Below, in pieces: positions 25,865 to 35,237 of a stretch of 64,000 nucleotides of DNA. This DNA comes from an uncultured Candidatus Saccharibacteria bacterium. GTDB lineage: Bacteria > Patescibacteriota > Saccharimonadia > Saccharimonadales > EFPC-124. Each line of letters opens with the position of its first letter. The stretch's first letter is position 1. Both the position numbers and the translations under genes were made by a program. The DNA is taken from positions 1,383-65,382 of the forward strand of contig CAZJVU010000003.1 of the NCBI GenBank assembly GCA_964550035.1, in the 5' to 3' direction. The notes beneath the pieces are model-generated. The model worked only from the letters and a program-made list of their open reading frames with translations. It was not told the origin of the DNA and ran no database searches.

Positions 25865-26683
25865 CTAGGTGTGGTGTGGTTTGGCCTGGGACTCGCTCAG
25901 CTCTGTCCCTTGCCTCCAAAGCATTTCGAAGAATTGCCGCTGCGCATCTGCCATGTTTTGATTATAAATTTCGATACCAAAGATCTCCCCAGCCTCCCAG
26001 TTGTAATAGCTCACGACGTCGTTATAGACAACCATGGAATGGGTTATATTAAAGATTTTAGGCGACACGTAGCGGCCGTTCCAACGTTCAAGGCGTTCAT
26101 TTTGGTGTGTAGAATACCATGTTTTGAGCGATTCAAGAAAGTGATCACTTACGATACTACGAGACTTAATGTGGCGTTCGTTGCACTTACGAACCCAGCG
26201 CTCAAAGAACGCTGCGCGAGTATGCATCTGCATGCTCTCATAGAGAATCCCGATGTTTTCGGTCTGCGAACGCGTCTCGTTCCAAAACATCTGTTTTAGC
26301 CCGGCGTCACCTTTGTAAAACTGCACACGAGTAGACGGTGAAGGTATCGCCTTTTTGCTATTGATGATCTTCTCGACAGCGCCAAACTCAGCGCGTAAGT
26401 CGTGTAGCTCTTGCTCGCGACGAGCAATGAGGAGTTGGAGGTTATCTGCCGGCGCCGGCTTGATAACACTGCGTTTGTATCGAACTTCTGTCTCACAAAG
26501 GTGCAGGTCCGCCATGATGTCGAGGAGACGATAAATTCTCGTCCGTTCTACCCCTGAGTTTCGCGCGAGCTCAGAAATCGTCTGTGCCCCATACGCGTGC
26601 AATGTTAGGTACAAATCAGCTATTTCGGGTTCGAGCTTAAGCTCCGCAAAGTATTTGCGAATGACATCAGTATCTTTTGGCAT
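25865..26683 (-). CDS. TrmB-family transcriptional regulator
   Basis: N-terminal winged HTH: LYLTLHAYGAQTISELARNSGVERTRIYRLLDIM. ATG at 26683 is preferred over the TTG at 26704. Confidence 0.7.
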   Translation of the reverse strand: MPKDTDVIRKYFAELKLEPEIADLYLTLHAYGAQTISELARNSGVERTRIYRLLDIMADLHLCETEVRYKRSVIKPAPADNLQLLIARREQELHDLRAEFGAVEKIINSKKAIPSPSTRVQFYKGDAGLKQMFWNETRSQTENIGILYESMQMHTRAAFFERWVRKCNERHIKSRSIVSDHFLESLKTWYSTHQNERLERWNGRYVSPKIFNITHSMVVYNDVVSYYNWEAGEIFGIEIYNQNMADAQRQFFEMLWRQGTELSESQAKPHHT

Positions 26684-26704
26684 ATCTATACTCTTTTGTA
26701 CCAA

Positions 26705-26733
26705 TTGTGCAGCATTTGCACAACAGATATTAT
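26705..26733 (+). promoter_or_regulatory. Promoter for ORF L (TTGTGC-N17-TATTAT)
   Basis: Overlaps a 7-bp inverted repeat TTGTGCA/TGCACAA. Divergent from the TrmB-like gene. Confidence 0.45.
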
Positions 26734-26817
26734 TTTTGTGTCTCTGTTAGTAAGCTGATCGTGGTATCTGTGTTACAAGCCACGTGGCAGCGGGACCGCA
26801 GATTGAGGAGACGAAAA

Positions 26818-27747
26818 ATGGCCAAGCTGGGACTCTGGAATCCATTCATCGAGCGAGAAATGTTGAGCTGGTACCACCTGTCACCCGAAATGGCGGAGGA
26901 GGCTCGGCACTATCGTGCGGACGGAAAAGAGCTGGATCCCTTCAGTCCGCCAGGCTACAAAGCGTTCCGCAAACGCACCATCGCATTCGTGCGTCAGTCG
27001 GTCGCACCCTTCAGTCCACCGTATCACAACGACAAGGTGCACTTCGAAGTGACTGAGAGACTGGCGCTGACTGCGTCCGACGTACAAGCAGAGATCACCG
27101 GTCGTAAAACACCGCCTTTGGTTCGGCAAACGTTCGGCGACGCCGTCCGGAAGCACGACGCATTCCACTGTGCCAGCACACTCCGTGTTGACGCACCGCG
27201 TGGGATGCACCTTCCGAAGCTCGGGACAAACGTCACGACCGAGTGGGTGACAGCGCGGGAGGTCAACGCCTTCTCGAGGCGACAAGGGCTTCCCTTCCCT
27301 GCGCGACTGTTTCAAACAGGCGTCATCTGGGCATCGACATCGGGTGGAAACTCGGAGAAAGGACGAGAGCTCGGATTTCCCGTCCCGAGACCAACAACAA
27401 TCTGGGGCGCCATCATGCGAGCTGCAGACGTGTGCCCCGCCGAGACCGTCGAGGAGCAATTCGCCCGGAGCATGTCGCTACTCTTCGGAGAAGTTCCGGC
27501 ATTTCGTCCGCCGAGAGCGCTTCAAGAGTTCATCGCGGGCGAACGGTACTTCATGTCGGTGGTCCGAGAGGAATTTGATCTGCTCGATGAGGTGAGCGGC
27601 ACAAACCTCACCTACCACCCTGCGCTCGGATGGCGCAAGCGCATCACAAACGTGCTTCGCGCACTCGACAAGCTGGCGGCCGGAGACCGCAAGCTCATGG
27701 CACTGGTCCACCGCGAAGCCCAACGCTACGGCGTTCGATTCGAGTGA
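26818..27747 (+). CDS. Cassette ORF L: hypothetical protein (309 aa)
   Basis: GAGGAG RBS before the ATG at 26818. GC3-rich with many shadow ORFs. No family recognised. Confidence 0.7.
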   Translation: MAKLGLWNPFIEREMLSWYHLSPEMAEEARHYRADGKELDPFSPPGYKAFRKRTIAFVRQSVAPFSPPYHNDKVHFEVTERLALTASDVQAEITGRKTPPLVRQTFGDAVRKHDAFHCASTLRVDAPRGMHLPKLGTNVTTEWVTAREVNAFSRRQGLPFPARLFQTGVIWASTSGGNSEKGRELGFPVPRPTTIWGAIMRAADVCPAETVEEQFARSMSLLFGEVPAFRPPRALQEFIAGERYFMSVVREEFDLLDEVSGTNLTYHPALGWRKRITNVLRALDKLAAGDRKLMALVHREAQRYGVRFE

Positions 27748-27755
27748 CCACGCGT

Positions 27756-27786
27756 GGCCGCCCGGGAGTCATACCCCTGGGCGGCC
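27756..27786 (+). terminator. GC hairpin after ORF L
   Basis: GGCCGCCCGGG...CCTGGGCGGCC, with one mismatch. Confidence 0.6.
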
Positions 27787-27818
27787 CGCAAAACAATTTG
27801 TACAACCCCGAAAAGTAC

Positions 27819-29051
27819 CTACAACGTCTCCGGCGCAATCATGTCGTTATCAAGCTGCCGCAACACCTGTTGCTCCAGCGTCTTCTCGCCCATATAGCGC
27901 ATGAAAATTTCGTTCCACAAGCTCTCACGGAAGTGATAAATCACGCGGTGCTCGTACGGCGTGTCCGTACAATACCCCACCGATACATCCATGAGGTTAA
28001 AGGGAATCGGCCGGCCATCTTCATAACGCGCCACGTAGTCCATACCCTTCCAGAATTTCAACTCAGGATCGATCTGGTACAACGCTTCCTCGGCCTTGCG
28101 CCAATGTAAATCTTCAGGCTGGACGTGCGGCTCGAAAATCTCGGGGTGGTATTCTTTCTCGAGCTTGCCAAAGTACCGCTGGATAACACGCCAATGCACG
28201 TGGCTTCCGGCCATTACCGCAGCTTTGCCTGGGTCGGCTATAAGCGTTGTGACAAAAATCTTGCCGAAATCTTTCTTGACCTGTTGCAACTTGAAATACG
28301 CACTGTAAAGACGAATCTCGTTGATGTAGTGAAAGAGGAGCGGCATGGCCGTAATAGTGATACCGGGCAGTTTTTGGAGCTTGATCGGCAACATCAGGAT
28401 GACGCCAAGTTCCTTCAGGTGCGTGATGTTGTGGCGTTTCTTAGCTACAAAGTGCTCGGCTATATCTCCCCAGCGTTCGCGTGGCATGACCACAAACTCG
28501 ATCTCGCGAGTCTCGAAATCACTTGGATGCAGACTTTTGTACTGCTCGTTGAACGTATTGAGCCACTCAGGACTCTCCGCAAACCGCAGCGCGCCATATA
28601 CTTCCGCCAGATTCTCGTGCTTGAGCATGGACTCGACCGAGCGATAGCCTAGGAGCTTCATGATCGTCGGCGGCGGTGTTTTGCGGAGCATTTCTTTGGC
28701 AACGCTCTTTTTCAGTACCCAGCAGGTTTTAGGCACGTCGGCTTTCTCGACGGCGGCCTTGATAAGCGGCAAAAGTTCCTGCACGTTCTCGGCGTCATGC
28801 CCACCGATGGCCCGGGCAAGATGTTCATCATGCTCTTTGATCTTGGCGAGCAGCGCGTGGTACAGCTCTTTTCCGGTTGTGTCCTTGTGGTCAAGACCAA
28901 GCTCACGAGTCGCCTCGTGCGTTTTCTCGAGGATATCACCAACTAGCTTGGCGTCGATGCCCTTCTTGCCTGTTGCATCTTCGAGCTGTTTCAGACTCAG
29001 GCTAAAAAGCGGTTCCTTTGCATCTAATAAATCGCGCAGTACATTTGCCAT
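27819..29051 (-). CDS. Hypothetical protein (410 aa), core-genome composition
   Basis: Long uninterrupted ORF with no motif I can assign. Confidence 0.7.
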   Translation of the reverse strand: MANVLRDLLDAKEPLFSLSLKQLEDATGKKGIDAKLVGDILEKTHEATRELGLDHKDTTGKELYHALLAKIKEHDEHLARAIGGHDAENVQELLPLIKAAVEKADVPKTCWVLKKSVAKEMLRKTPPPTIMKLLGYRSVESMLKHENLAEVYGALRFAESPEWLNTFNEQYKSLHPSDFETREIEFVVMPRERWGDIAEHFVAKKRHNITHLKELGVILMLPIKLQKLPGITITAMPLLFHYINEIRLYSAYFKLQQVKKDFGKIFVTTLIADPGKAAVMAGSHVHWRVIQRYFGKLEKEYHPEIFEPHVQPEDLHWRKAEEALYQIDPELKFWKGMDYVARYEDGRPIPFNLMDVSVGYCTDTPYEHRVIYHFRESLWNEIFMRYMGEKTLEQQVLRQLDNDMIAPETL

Positions 29052-29080
29052 ATGTTTCTACTTTAGCATATCCGTTTTGC

Positions 29081-30052
29081 CTAAAACGCAGTAACTTTGA
29101 GCGGCATGTCGTGTACATGCGCGTGTGAGTGCAAAATGCCGGCAGTGGCGCCAACCTTTGTGACCACAGAGGTCGCATTGGCGCTGGCAAATGTAATGGC
29201 ATCTTCGAGTGTTTTGCCCTGCGCATGCCAGGCCACAAACCCAGATCCAAACGCATCGCCCGCGCCAAGCCTATCGATGACCTTTACGTCTTCATACGTA
29301 CCAGCTTTCACGACCTTCTCGCCGTCGGTCGCCATAACGCCACGAGGCCCGTCAGATACGACGACCGTTTTGACAAGATTTGCGCCATGTCGCACGAGTT
29401 CTTCCAGCGAGCTACCTTCAACAAGGATTTTCATCTCTTCCTTATTGACGAGCAGTACCGAAACGTCCTCGAGCAGCGTACGAATCTTGTGTGGCTCCCG
29501 GAGCTCCATGGTTGCCGGATTCAACGCGACCTGCACACCATTTTTGGCTGCAATACTAACGATCTTCTCGAGAAGTGGCATCGAACCGACCGACGAAAGG
29601 TACAGCCAGTCAGCGTGCTCGATCGCATTCAGGTCGAGCGGCGTACCGTCATCGTGAAGGGTTTTGCCATGGTGACGCAGAATCGTGCGTTCGCCCGTTG
29701 GCGCAAGTAGAATAGTCGAATAGCCAGTCTCGAATGCTTCACTCTGCACTAAGTGCCTCGTCGAGATACCTTCCTCGTCGAAAGCCGCTAGGATTGCACC
29801 GGCCGTCGGCTCGGTACCGACGACGCCCATAAACGAGCTGTCCAGTCCCTGCCGGGCAAATGTTATCGAGGCGTTCATGGCGTTGCCGCCTGTCGCGAAC
29901 ACTACTTCTTCGATATCGAGCTTGGCGCCAAGCGGGATTTCTTCGTACAGCTTGCCGTCTTCGCGGTGAGGTTTGAAGATTTTGCTCCGCAGAAATACGT
30001 CTTGTGTTGCTGTGCCAATGGCCAGCATCTTTGGTTTGTGCGTCTGCGCCAC
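29081..30052 (-). CDS. PfkB-family carbohydrate kinase
   Basis: N-terminal LAIGTATQDVF and C-terminal DRLGAGDAFGSGF ATP-binding motif. The start is either GTG at 30052 or ATG at 30028. Confidence 0.85.
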   Translation of the reverse strand: MAQTHKPKMLAIGTATQDVFLRSKIFKPHREDGKLYEEIPLGAKLDIEEVVFATGGNAMNASITFARQGLDSSFMGVVGTEPTAGAILAAFDEEGISTRHLVQSEAFETGYSTILLAPTGERTILRHHGKTLHDDGTPLDLNAIEHADWLYLSSVGSMPLLEKIVSIAAKNGVQVALNPATMELREPHKIRTLLEDVSVLLVNKEEMKILVEGSSLEELVRHGANLVKTVVVSDGPRGVMATDGEKVVKAGTYEDVKVIDRLGAGDAFGSGFVAWHAQGKTLEDAITFASANATSVVTKVGATAGILHSHAHVHDMPLKVTAF

Positions 30053-30963
30053 TACACGACCGCCTTACCAGCCGAACCAAATGTGTCAATTTTGTCTTCT
30101 ATCACCTTTTGGACGGCGCCGTAGACTTCCGGCATGAGCTTGACGACGGCGTATTCGTCGGGGTGTTCCTCGAGCACCTTCTCGAGCGTTTTACGGAAGG
30201 CGAAGCGCATGTCGCTGTTGATGTTAACCTTGCTGACGCCGATCTTGGCCGCCTCTTCGAAGTAATGTCCCGGCGTGCCACTGCCACCGTGCAGACTAAT
30301 GTTGCAATCGATAGCGTCGCGAACTTTCTGGAGCAGCTCGAGGTCGAGCTCTTTTGGTACCGGGTATTTGCCGTGCAAGTTGCCAATCGCAGCGGCGAAC
30401 GTGTCGATACCCGTTGCTTCTACGAAATGCTTTGCGCCTTCGGGCGTACTGAATGTCTTCTTGATTTCTTCGTAATCGATCGCCTCTGTGTGGAGGTTGG
30501 AGCTGCCACCAAAGTAATGTGGCTCGGCTTCGACAAGCGCACCCGTGAACTTGGCATACTCGACAACCTCTTTTGTTTGGTCGATAATCTGCTCGTCGGT
30601 GGCGTCGTGATTCGCCTGAGAAATATCGATGTGAATGAATTCAAAACCCGCGTCGATACCGCGCTTGGCCGCCTCCACGCTGGGGCTGTGGTCGAGGTTG
30701 ATAAACATCTCAACGCCGTATTCGTAGCGGTAGTTGTCGACCATGTCGCGAATGTTATCGAGACCGATCGCCTTGACCTCACCGTCGCTCACCTCGACAA
30801 GCACCGGCGCTTGCTTGGCATGTGCCGCGCGAGCAACAGCGATCAGCGTCTCTTGGTTGTCGATATTAAAAGCACCAACGGCAAAATGCTGCTGGCGAGC
30901 GCGCTGCATAAGGTGTCGAGCGCGGACACAGTTATCACGAATCTGTTGAATGGTGAGTGCCAT
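30052..30963 (-). CDS. fba: Class II fructose-bisphosphate aldolase
   Basis: Trimmed to MALTIQQIRD... Contains FAVGAFNIDN, LDHS and LHGGSGTP motifs. Confidence 0.9.
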   Translation of the reverse strand: MALTIQQIRDNCVRARHLMQRARQQHFAVGAFNIDNQETLIAVARAAHAKQAPVLVEVSDGEVKAIGLDNIRDMVDNYRYEYGVEMFINLDHSPSVEAAKRGIDAGFEFIHIDISQANHDATDEQIIDQTKEVVEYAKFTGALVEAEPHYFGGSSNLHTEAIDYEEIKKTFSTPEGAKHFVEATGIDTFAAAIGNLHGKYPVPKELDLELLQKVRDAIDCNISLHGGSGTPGHYFEEAAKIGVSKVNINSDMRFAFRKTLEKVLEEHPDEYAVVKLMPEVYGAVQKVIEDKIDTFGSAGKAVV

Positions 30964-31023
30964 AAACTGGGGGTTCCTATTTGCCACCAGTATAGCACTT
31001 ATGCTTCGACCGAGTGAATGGCT

Positions 31024-31062
31024 CAACGCCAGGGCGGGCCGTCTGGCCACGCCCTGGCGTTG
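31024..31062 (-). terminator. Perfect 13-bp hairpin after ORF M
   Basis: CAACGCCAGGGCG...CGCCCTGGCGTTG. Confidence 0.65.
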
Positions 31063-31091
31063 GAGTGTCGGTGCCCCCACCGGTAATGTGA

Positions 31092-31403
31092 TCAGCCGCG
31101 AAGCTTGATCGCACGCAGAAAAGCCTGCGCGAAGTTGAGACTCTCGTCGTCGGTGAGCACGCTGGGGTAATGCACCATGAGCTGCGCGGGCGCCCCCTCC
31201 TGCGCAGGACGGAAGTGCACGCGGGCGTTGGGACGAGGAGTGAGACGCACGGTGTCCCTGACAGCGCCCAGGGCGTTCTCCAGCTTGAGAGTGCCCGCGC
31301 TGAAGAAGATGAGGGATCCGAAACCCTTCTCCTGCCTGTAATAGGCCTCAATCTGCGCGGCCTCATCGCGTTCCACCAAGATCAGCTCGTTGTCGGAGCT
31401 CAT
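31092..31403 (-). CDS. Cassette ORF M: hypothetical protein (103 aa)
   Basis: ATG at 31403 lies after AAAGGTGGA. GC3-rich. Inserted between fba and the transketolase genes. Confidence 0.6.
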   Translation of the reverse strand: MSSDNELILVERDEAAQIEAYYRQEKGFGSLIFFSAGTLKLENALGAVRDTVRLTPRPNARVHFRPAQEGAPAQLMVHYPSVLTDDESLNFAQAFLRAIKLRG

Positions 31404-31463
31404 GGTTCCACCTTTCATCGGCCTCATGCAAAAGACTCCCCATTTTGTGTGGGAGCCCAGTAC

Positions 31464-31492
31464 ACTCTACTGCTTCTTGCAGGCCTTTACAA
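31464..31492 (-). promoter_or_regulatory. Promoter for ORF M (TTGTAA-N17-TAGAGT)
   Basis: Lies just beyond the stop of the transketolase C-terminal gene at 31501. Confidence 0.45.
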
Positions 31493-31500
31493 GGGAGAAA

Positions 31501-32490
31501 TCATGCGCGATGTTTGTCGAGCAGCTCATGCGCGTGCATCGCGATATGCGTACCCGTGAGGCCAAACGCCTTGAACAGCTCGTCAGGCGTACCTGATTCG
31601 CCAAATCGGTCTTGCATACCGACACGCTTGAGCGGCGTTGGCAGCTGCTCGCTCAAGAGCTCAGCAACTGCACCACCGAGACCGCCAGCCGCTTGGGCTT
31701 CTTCGGCGGTCAGCACCAGCCGTGTCTTTTTAGCGCTGGCGAGAATAGTCTTGGCGTCGAGCGGCTTGATAGTCGGCACGTGCACAACCTCGGCACTCAC
31801 ACCGTCGCCGTGAAGCATCTTGGCGGCAATGAGGCATTGGTACGCCATCGTGCCCGTTCCCACAAGTGTTATACCGGTGCCTTCGCGCAGGACGTATGCC
31901 TTACCGAGCTCGAACGGCGTGTTTTTGGTCGTAAAGATAGGCGTACCTTCGCGTGCAAGACGGAGGTAACTCGGCTTGCCATTTGTCGCGAGCGCCAATG
32001 TTGCCTTCTCGGCCTCCACACTGTCACCCGGCGCTACAACAACCATATTCGGTAGGACGCGCATGAGCGCAATGTCCTCAAGCATCTGGTGCGTCGCACC
32101 ATCAGGTCCGACCGAAACGCCGGCATGCGAACCAACGATCTTGACCGCGCGGTCGTTGAGGCAGATTGTCGTGCGGATTTGCTCCCAGTTCCTGCCCGGG
32201 CTAAACGCCGCGTAGCTACTCACGAACGGTACCTTGCCCATCGCCGCCATACCAGCGCCGACCGTCACTAAGTTCTGTTCGCTAATGCCGATCTCGGTGT
32301 AGCGCTCGGGGAAGGCTTTGGCAAATAAATTCATCTTCGTCGAGTCGGTCAGGTCCGCACACAGTGCGACGATATTTTCGTCGCGGCGGCCGGCTTCCTC
32401 AAGTCCACGCCCGAATCCAGCACGGATCGGCTCCTCTTTAATATCTTTGTGGCCGATGTTGTCGACCAAATGCATATCACTCATGTTCAC
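31501..32490 (-). CDS. Transketolase, C-terminal (pyrimidine-binding) subunit
   Basis: 329 aa. Split-transketolase arrangement that overlaps the N-terminal subunit gene. Confidence 0.9.
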   Translation of the reverse strand: MNMSDMHLVDNIGHKDIKEEPIRAGFGRGLEEAGRRDENIVALCADLTDSTKMNLFAKAFPERYTEIGISEQNLVTVGAGMAAMGKVPFVSSYAAFSPGRNWEQIRTTICLNDRAVKIVGSHAGVSVGPDGATHQMLEDIALMRVLPNMVVVAPGDSVEAEKATLALATNGKPSYLRLAREGTPIFTTKNTPFELGKAYVLREGTGITLVGTGTMAYQCLIAAKMLHGDGVSAEVVHVPTIKPLDAKTILASAKKTRLVLTAEEAQAAGGLGGAVAELLSEQLPTPLKRVGMQDRFGESGTPDELFKAFGLTGTHIAMHAHELLDKHRA

Positions 32491-33328
32491 CTCGAATCTT
32501 GCCGTCCAATGTGCGTAATTTGTTCAGTGCTTCACGCGCCTGCTCGGAGTTTGGCGGTGCGCCATGCCAATGGTAGTCGTATTCCATAAACGGTACGCCC
32601 TTACCCGGAATAGTGTGCGCAATGATGACCGTCGGTTTCTCTACGATCGCCCGCGCCATGCTGCAGGCGTCGATAACCGACTCGATGTTATGTCCGTCGA
32701 TTTCCAGCACATGCCAGCCAAAGGCTTCCCACTTGGCACGCAGATCTTCCAGCGGCATGACCGTTTCGGTGTTGCCATCGATCTGGATGTTGTTGCGGTC
32801 GACGATACCGATGAGGTTGTGGAGCTTGTATTTGCTGGCAAACATCGCCGCTTCCCAGATGTTGCCTTCATCGAGCTCGCCGTCGCCCATGACGCAGTAG
32901 ACCCAGCGGGTGTGCTCTTGGTCTATAAGCAAGCTTCGTGCCATACCAGCAGCCTGGCTGAGACCCGAGCCGAGCGGCCCGCTTGTCGTCTCGAGGCCGG
33001 GCAAACGCATACGTTCAGGATGTCCCTGCAGGCGGGAGCCATATTTGCGGAGCGTCATAAGTTCTTTCTTGTCAAAGTATCCAACTTCGGCCATCGCGGC
33101 GTAACGGACCGGGACGGTGTGACCGTTGCTAAGAATCAAGATGTCGCGCCCTTCCCAATCAGGATTCTTGGGGTCGTGTTTCATGACCGCAAAATACAGC
33201 GCGGTAAAGATGTCCGTCAGATCGAGCGGGCCTGCAGAGTGTCCACTGCCAGCGTGCTCGAGCATTTTAATAATATCTTGACGGATCGTATTGGCCTTTT
33301 GCTCCAACTGCTGAATAGTGTAGCTCAT
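32477..33328 (-). CDS. Transketolase, N-terminal (TPP-binding) subunit
   Basis: 283 aa. Contains GSGHSAGPL, SNGH and GDGELDEG motifs. Confidence 0.9.
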   Translation of the reverse strand: MSYTIQQLEQKANTIRQDIIKMLEHAGSGHSAGPLDLTDIFTALYFAVMKHDPKNPDWEGRDILILSNGHTVPVRYAAMAEVGYFDKKELMTLRKYGSRLQGHPERMRLPGLETTSGPLGSGLSQAAGMARSLLIDQEHTRWVYCVMGDGELDEGNIWEAAMFASKYKLHNLIGIVDRNNIQIDGNTETVMPLEDLRAKWEAFGWHVLEIDGHNIESVIDACSMARAIVEKPTVIIAHTIPGKGVPFMEYDYHWHGAPPNSEQAREALNKLRTLDGKIRGEHE

Positions 33329-33395
33329 ATTGATTATGATTATACAGCGTACGACCAGCTCCTGAAATACCGACTTCCACGGTAGTTGCTTTTTT

Positions 33396-33429
33396 GTTGC
33401 CCGGCGTAGCGGCTGCTACGCCGGGCAAC
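33396..33429 (-). terminator. Perfect 15-bp hairpin after ORF N
   Basis: GTTGCCCGGCGTAGC-ggct-GCTACGCCGGGCAAC. Confidence 0.65.
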
Positions 33430-33433
33430 TGGT

Positions 33434-33946
33434 TCAGTCCACGGCCCTCGGGCAGAGCGGGCCGAACAGCTTCGTGTCGAAGGGCTGCGCGCACAGCCAC
33501 CTGCCCCATCCCGGGCCCCAGGTGAGACCGGGCCTGAAGATGCGCCAGTCGGACCAGATCCTGAGCCTGCCACCAGCCAGGATCACCCGAGAGGTGTACA
33601 CGTAGACCTCGAGGTCCCCCACCTGCCACCGAGTCTCGCGTTCGCCCTTGCCGATTCCCGACGGCGGCGTGCCACCGTCCAGACAGACACGACCTCGTGC
33701 CGCGATGGCTGGCGAGGCTACGGGGAAGACGGTGAATGTAGACGCGCTGTTGTCGAACACGCAGCGCACCCCCTGCGCGCGGGAGTCGTAACCACACTCC
33801 ATCTTCGCGGCGAAACTCAGGTCGCTGCCGCGCGCCTCGAACGAGAGCACACCCTTTTCCCCTTGCGCGTCTCGTTTGAGAGAACTCAGGTCTCGCACGA
33901 ACTGTCCCGCCGTTTGCGGCGTCAGCAGTGTGTATCGGTTGGGCAT
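33434..33946 (-). CDS. Cassette ORF N: hypothetical protein (170 aa)
   Basis: AAGGAG lies 6 nt before the ATG. A TATAAT box lies at 34002-34007 on the minus strand. GC3-rich. The product is Trp/Gly-rich at its C-terminus. Confidence 0.65.
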   Translation of the reverse strand: MPNRYTLLTPQTAGQFVRDLSSLKRDAQGEKGVLSFEARGSDLSFAAKMECGYDSRAQGVRCVFDNSASTFTVFPVASPAIAARGRVCLDGGTPPSGIGKGERETRWQVGDLEVYVYTSRVILAGGRLRIWSDWRIFRPGLTWGPGWGRWLCAQPFDTKLFGPLCPRAVD

Positions 33947-34051
33947 TGCCCGCTCCTTATCCAGAGGTAGATTGACCGAACAAAATATATCGTATCATAT
34001 AATTATACTTTAACAAGATTGCTTCACGCTAAATGGATCACCGCAATGGCT

Positions 34052-34690
34052 CTATATTCCGCTGGTACCAAGAGTATTGGCGAGCGATTCGTAAGCCGCC
34101 TTAGGGTCGTCAGCATGCTGGATAAATCCACCCACGTTCAGTACTTCGATGCCGCCCTCGACGAGTAACGGCGCGTTCTCGGCGGTAATACCACCATCCC
34201 AACCGAGTTCGATCGTCGGATTGATGGCACGGACCTCGGCTACTTTCTTCAGGACAGACATATCGGCTGTACTTCCCTGATGGCCCAGATCGCCTGCGAA
34301 GAGTAGTACGTGGTCGGCGTGCGAGATAACGTCAGCGTGGTCTTCGGGTTTTGTATCTTTCAAAAGCGCGACGCCAGCCTTGATACCCACGGCCTGGAGT
34401 TCAAGCACCATCGCCAAAATGTCGTCCTCGGCCTCTGCATGTACAATAACCATATTCGGCTTGAGGCCGACGATCGTCTCCATGTGCTGATACGGATGCT
34501 TATACATGACATGAAAATCCGCGATCATGTCTTCTGGCCAATAGGCCTGCGCGATACTCACCATTCGCTCGGTAAACTCGCCATCGCCAAAGTCAATATG
34601 CACGCGCGTGGCGAACGGTTCGATACGAGCCATCTGCTCGCGGTACGTGTGTGGGTCGGTGGCGGTGACGGTTGGGCAGATAGCTGGCAT
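34052..34690 (-). CDS. Ribulose-phosphate 3-epimerase family protein
   Basis: VHIDFGDGEF, DFHVMYKHP, VIVHAEA and ELGWDGGI match the Rpe TIM-barrel pattern but are divergent. Confidence 0.7.
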   Translation of the reverse strand: MPAICPTVTATDPHTYREQMARIEPFATRVHIDFGDGEFTERMVSIAQAYWPEDMIADFHVMYKHPYQHMETIVGLKPNMVIVHAEAEDDILAMVLELQAVGIKAGVALLKDTKPEDHADVISHADHVLLFAGDLGHQGSTADMSVLKKVAEVRAINPTIELGWDGGITAENAPLLVEGGIEVLNVGGFIQHADDPKAAYESLANTLGTSGI

Positions 34691-34757
34691 GCGAGTTCCT
34701 TGTTTAGACCATAACTATTTCTTTTATGATACCAATAGTGCAGCACAAAATGAAACA

Positions 34758-34801
34758 GCCGCCAGCCAGACCATCCGTTCTAGGGAGGTCTGGCTGGCGG
34801 C
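34758..34801 (-). terminator. Perfect 15-bp hairpin with U-rich tail after ORF O
   Basis: GCCGCCAGCCAGACC...GGTCTGGCTGGCGGC. The minus-strand tail is tgtttcattttg. Confidence 0.75.
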
Positions 34802-34808
34802 TCCTGTC

Positions 34809-35192
34809 TCAGGCGCCCAAGCTGGCCCAGGCAGCAACCCTGGTGTAGGCGATGCAGGTGATCTTGCCCGGGACTTCATCGGTGCACCAGTCGGGCTTGC
34901 CGTCCGTGGTGGACACCTCGCTTACCGTTGCCTCGTGTCGGGTGAGCTCTTCGCCATCCCACACGATGATCTGGAACCTGATCGATACCGGTGTCTTGGA
35001 ACCGGCAGGAACGCGGAACAGGATGTTGGGATAGCCCTGGTTGCAGGGGCCCGTGATCTTACCGCGACAGTTCTTCCACCTGCCCCAGTCGGGGCTTCTC
35101 TCGAGCGTGCGGCGAAGCCGACGCCGTGGCGAATCACTCAGCCGAAGTCGCTTCCGAGAATCCCTCCGGCGATTGAGCGGGATTTTGGGCAT
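34809..35192 (-). CDS. Cassette ORF O: hypothetical protein with Arg-rich N-terminus (127 aa), paralog of ORF P
   Basis: The start at 35192 was chosen by homology of the upstream agatgggag element with ORF P. The C-terminal block FQIIVWDGEE...DGKPDW...YTRVAAWASL is shared with P. Confidence 0.65.
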   Translation of the reverse strand: MPKIPLNRRRDSRKRLRLSDSPRRRLRRTLERSPDWGRWKNCRGKITGPCNQGYPNILFRVPAGSKTPVSIRFQIIVWDGEELTRHEATVSEVSTTDGKPDWCTDEVPGKITCIAYTRVAAWASLGA

Positions 35193-35237
35193 ACCCAGTG
35201 CTCCCATCTACTTGCTTGTTCGTGGACAGGTATATAC

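Noticed and set aside
30004-31017. 337-aa plus-strand ORF. Similar cases: 60793-61956 (+, 387 aa), 21970-22671 (+), 48441-49274 (+) and 32564-33385 (+).
   Set aside because: They are antisense to well-supported core genes (fba, zwf/gnd, uvrB, pheS, transketolase) and no family features were recognised.
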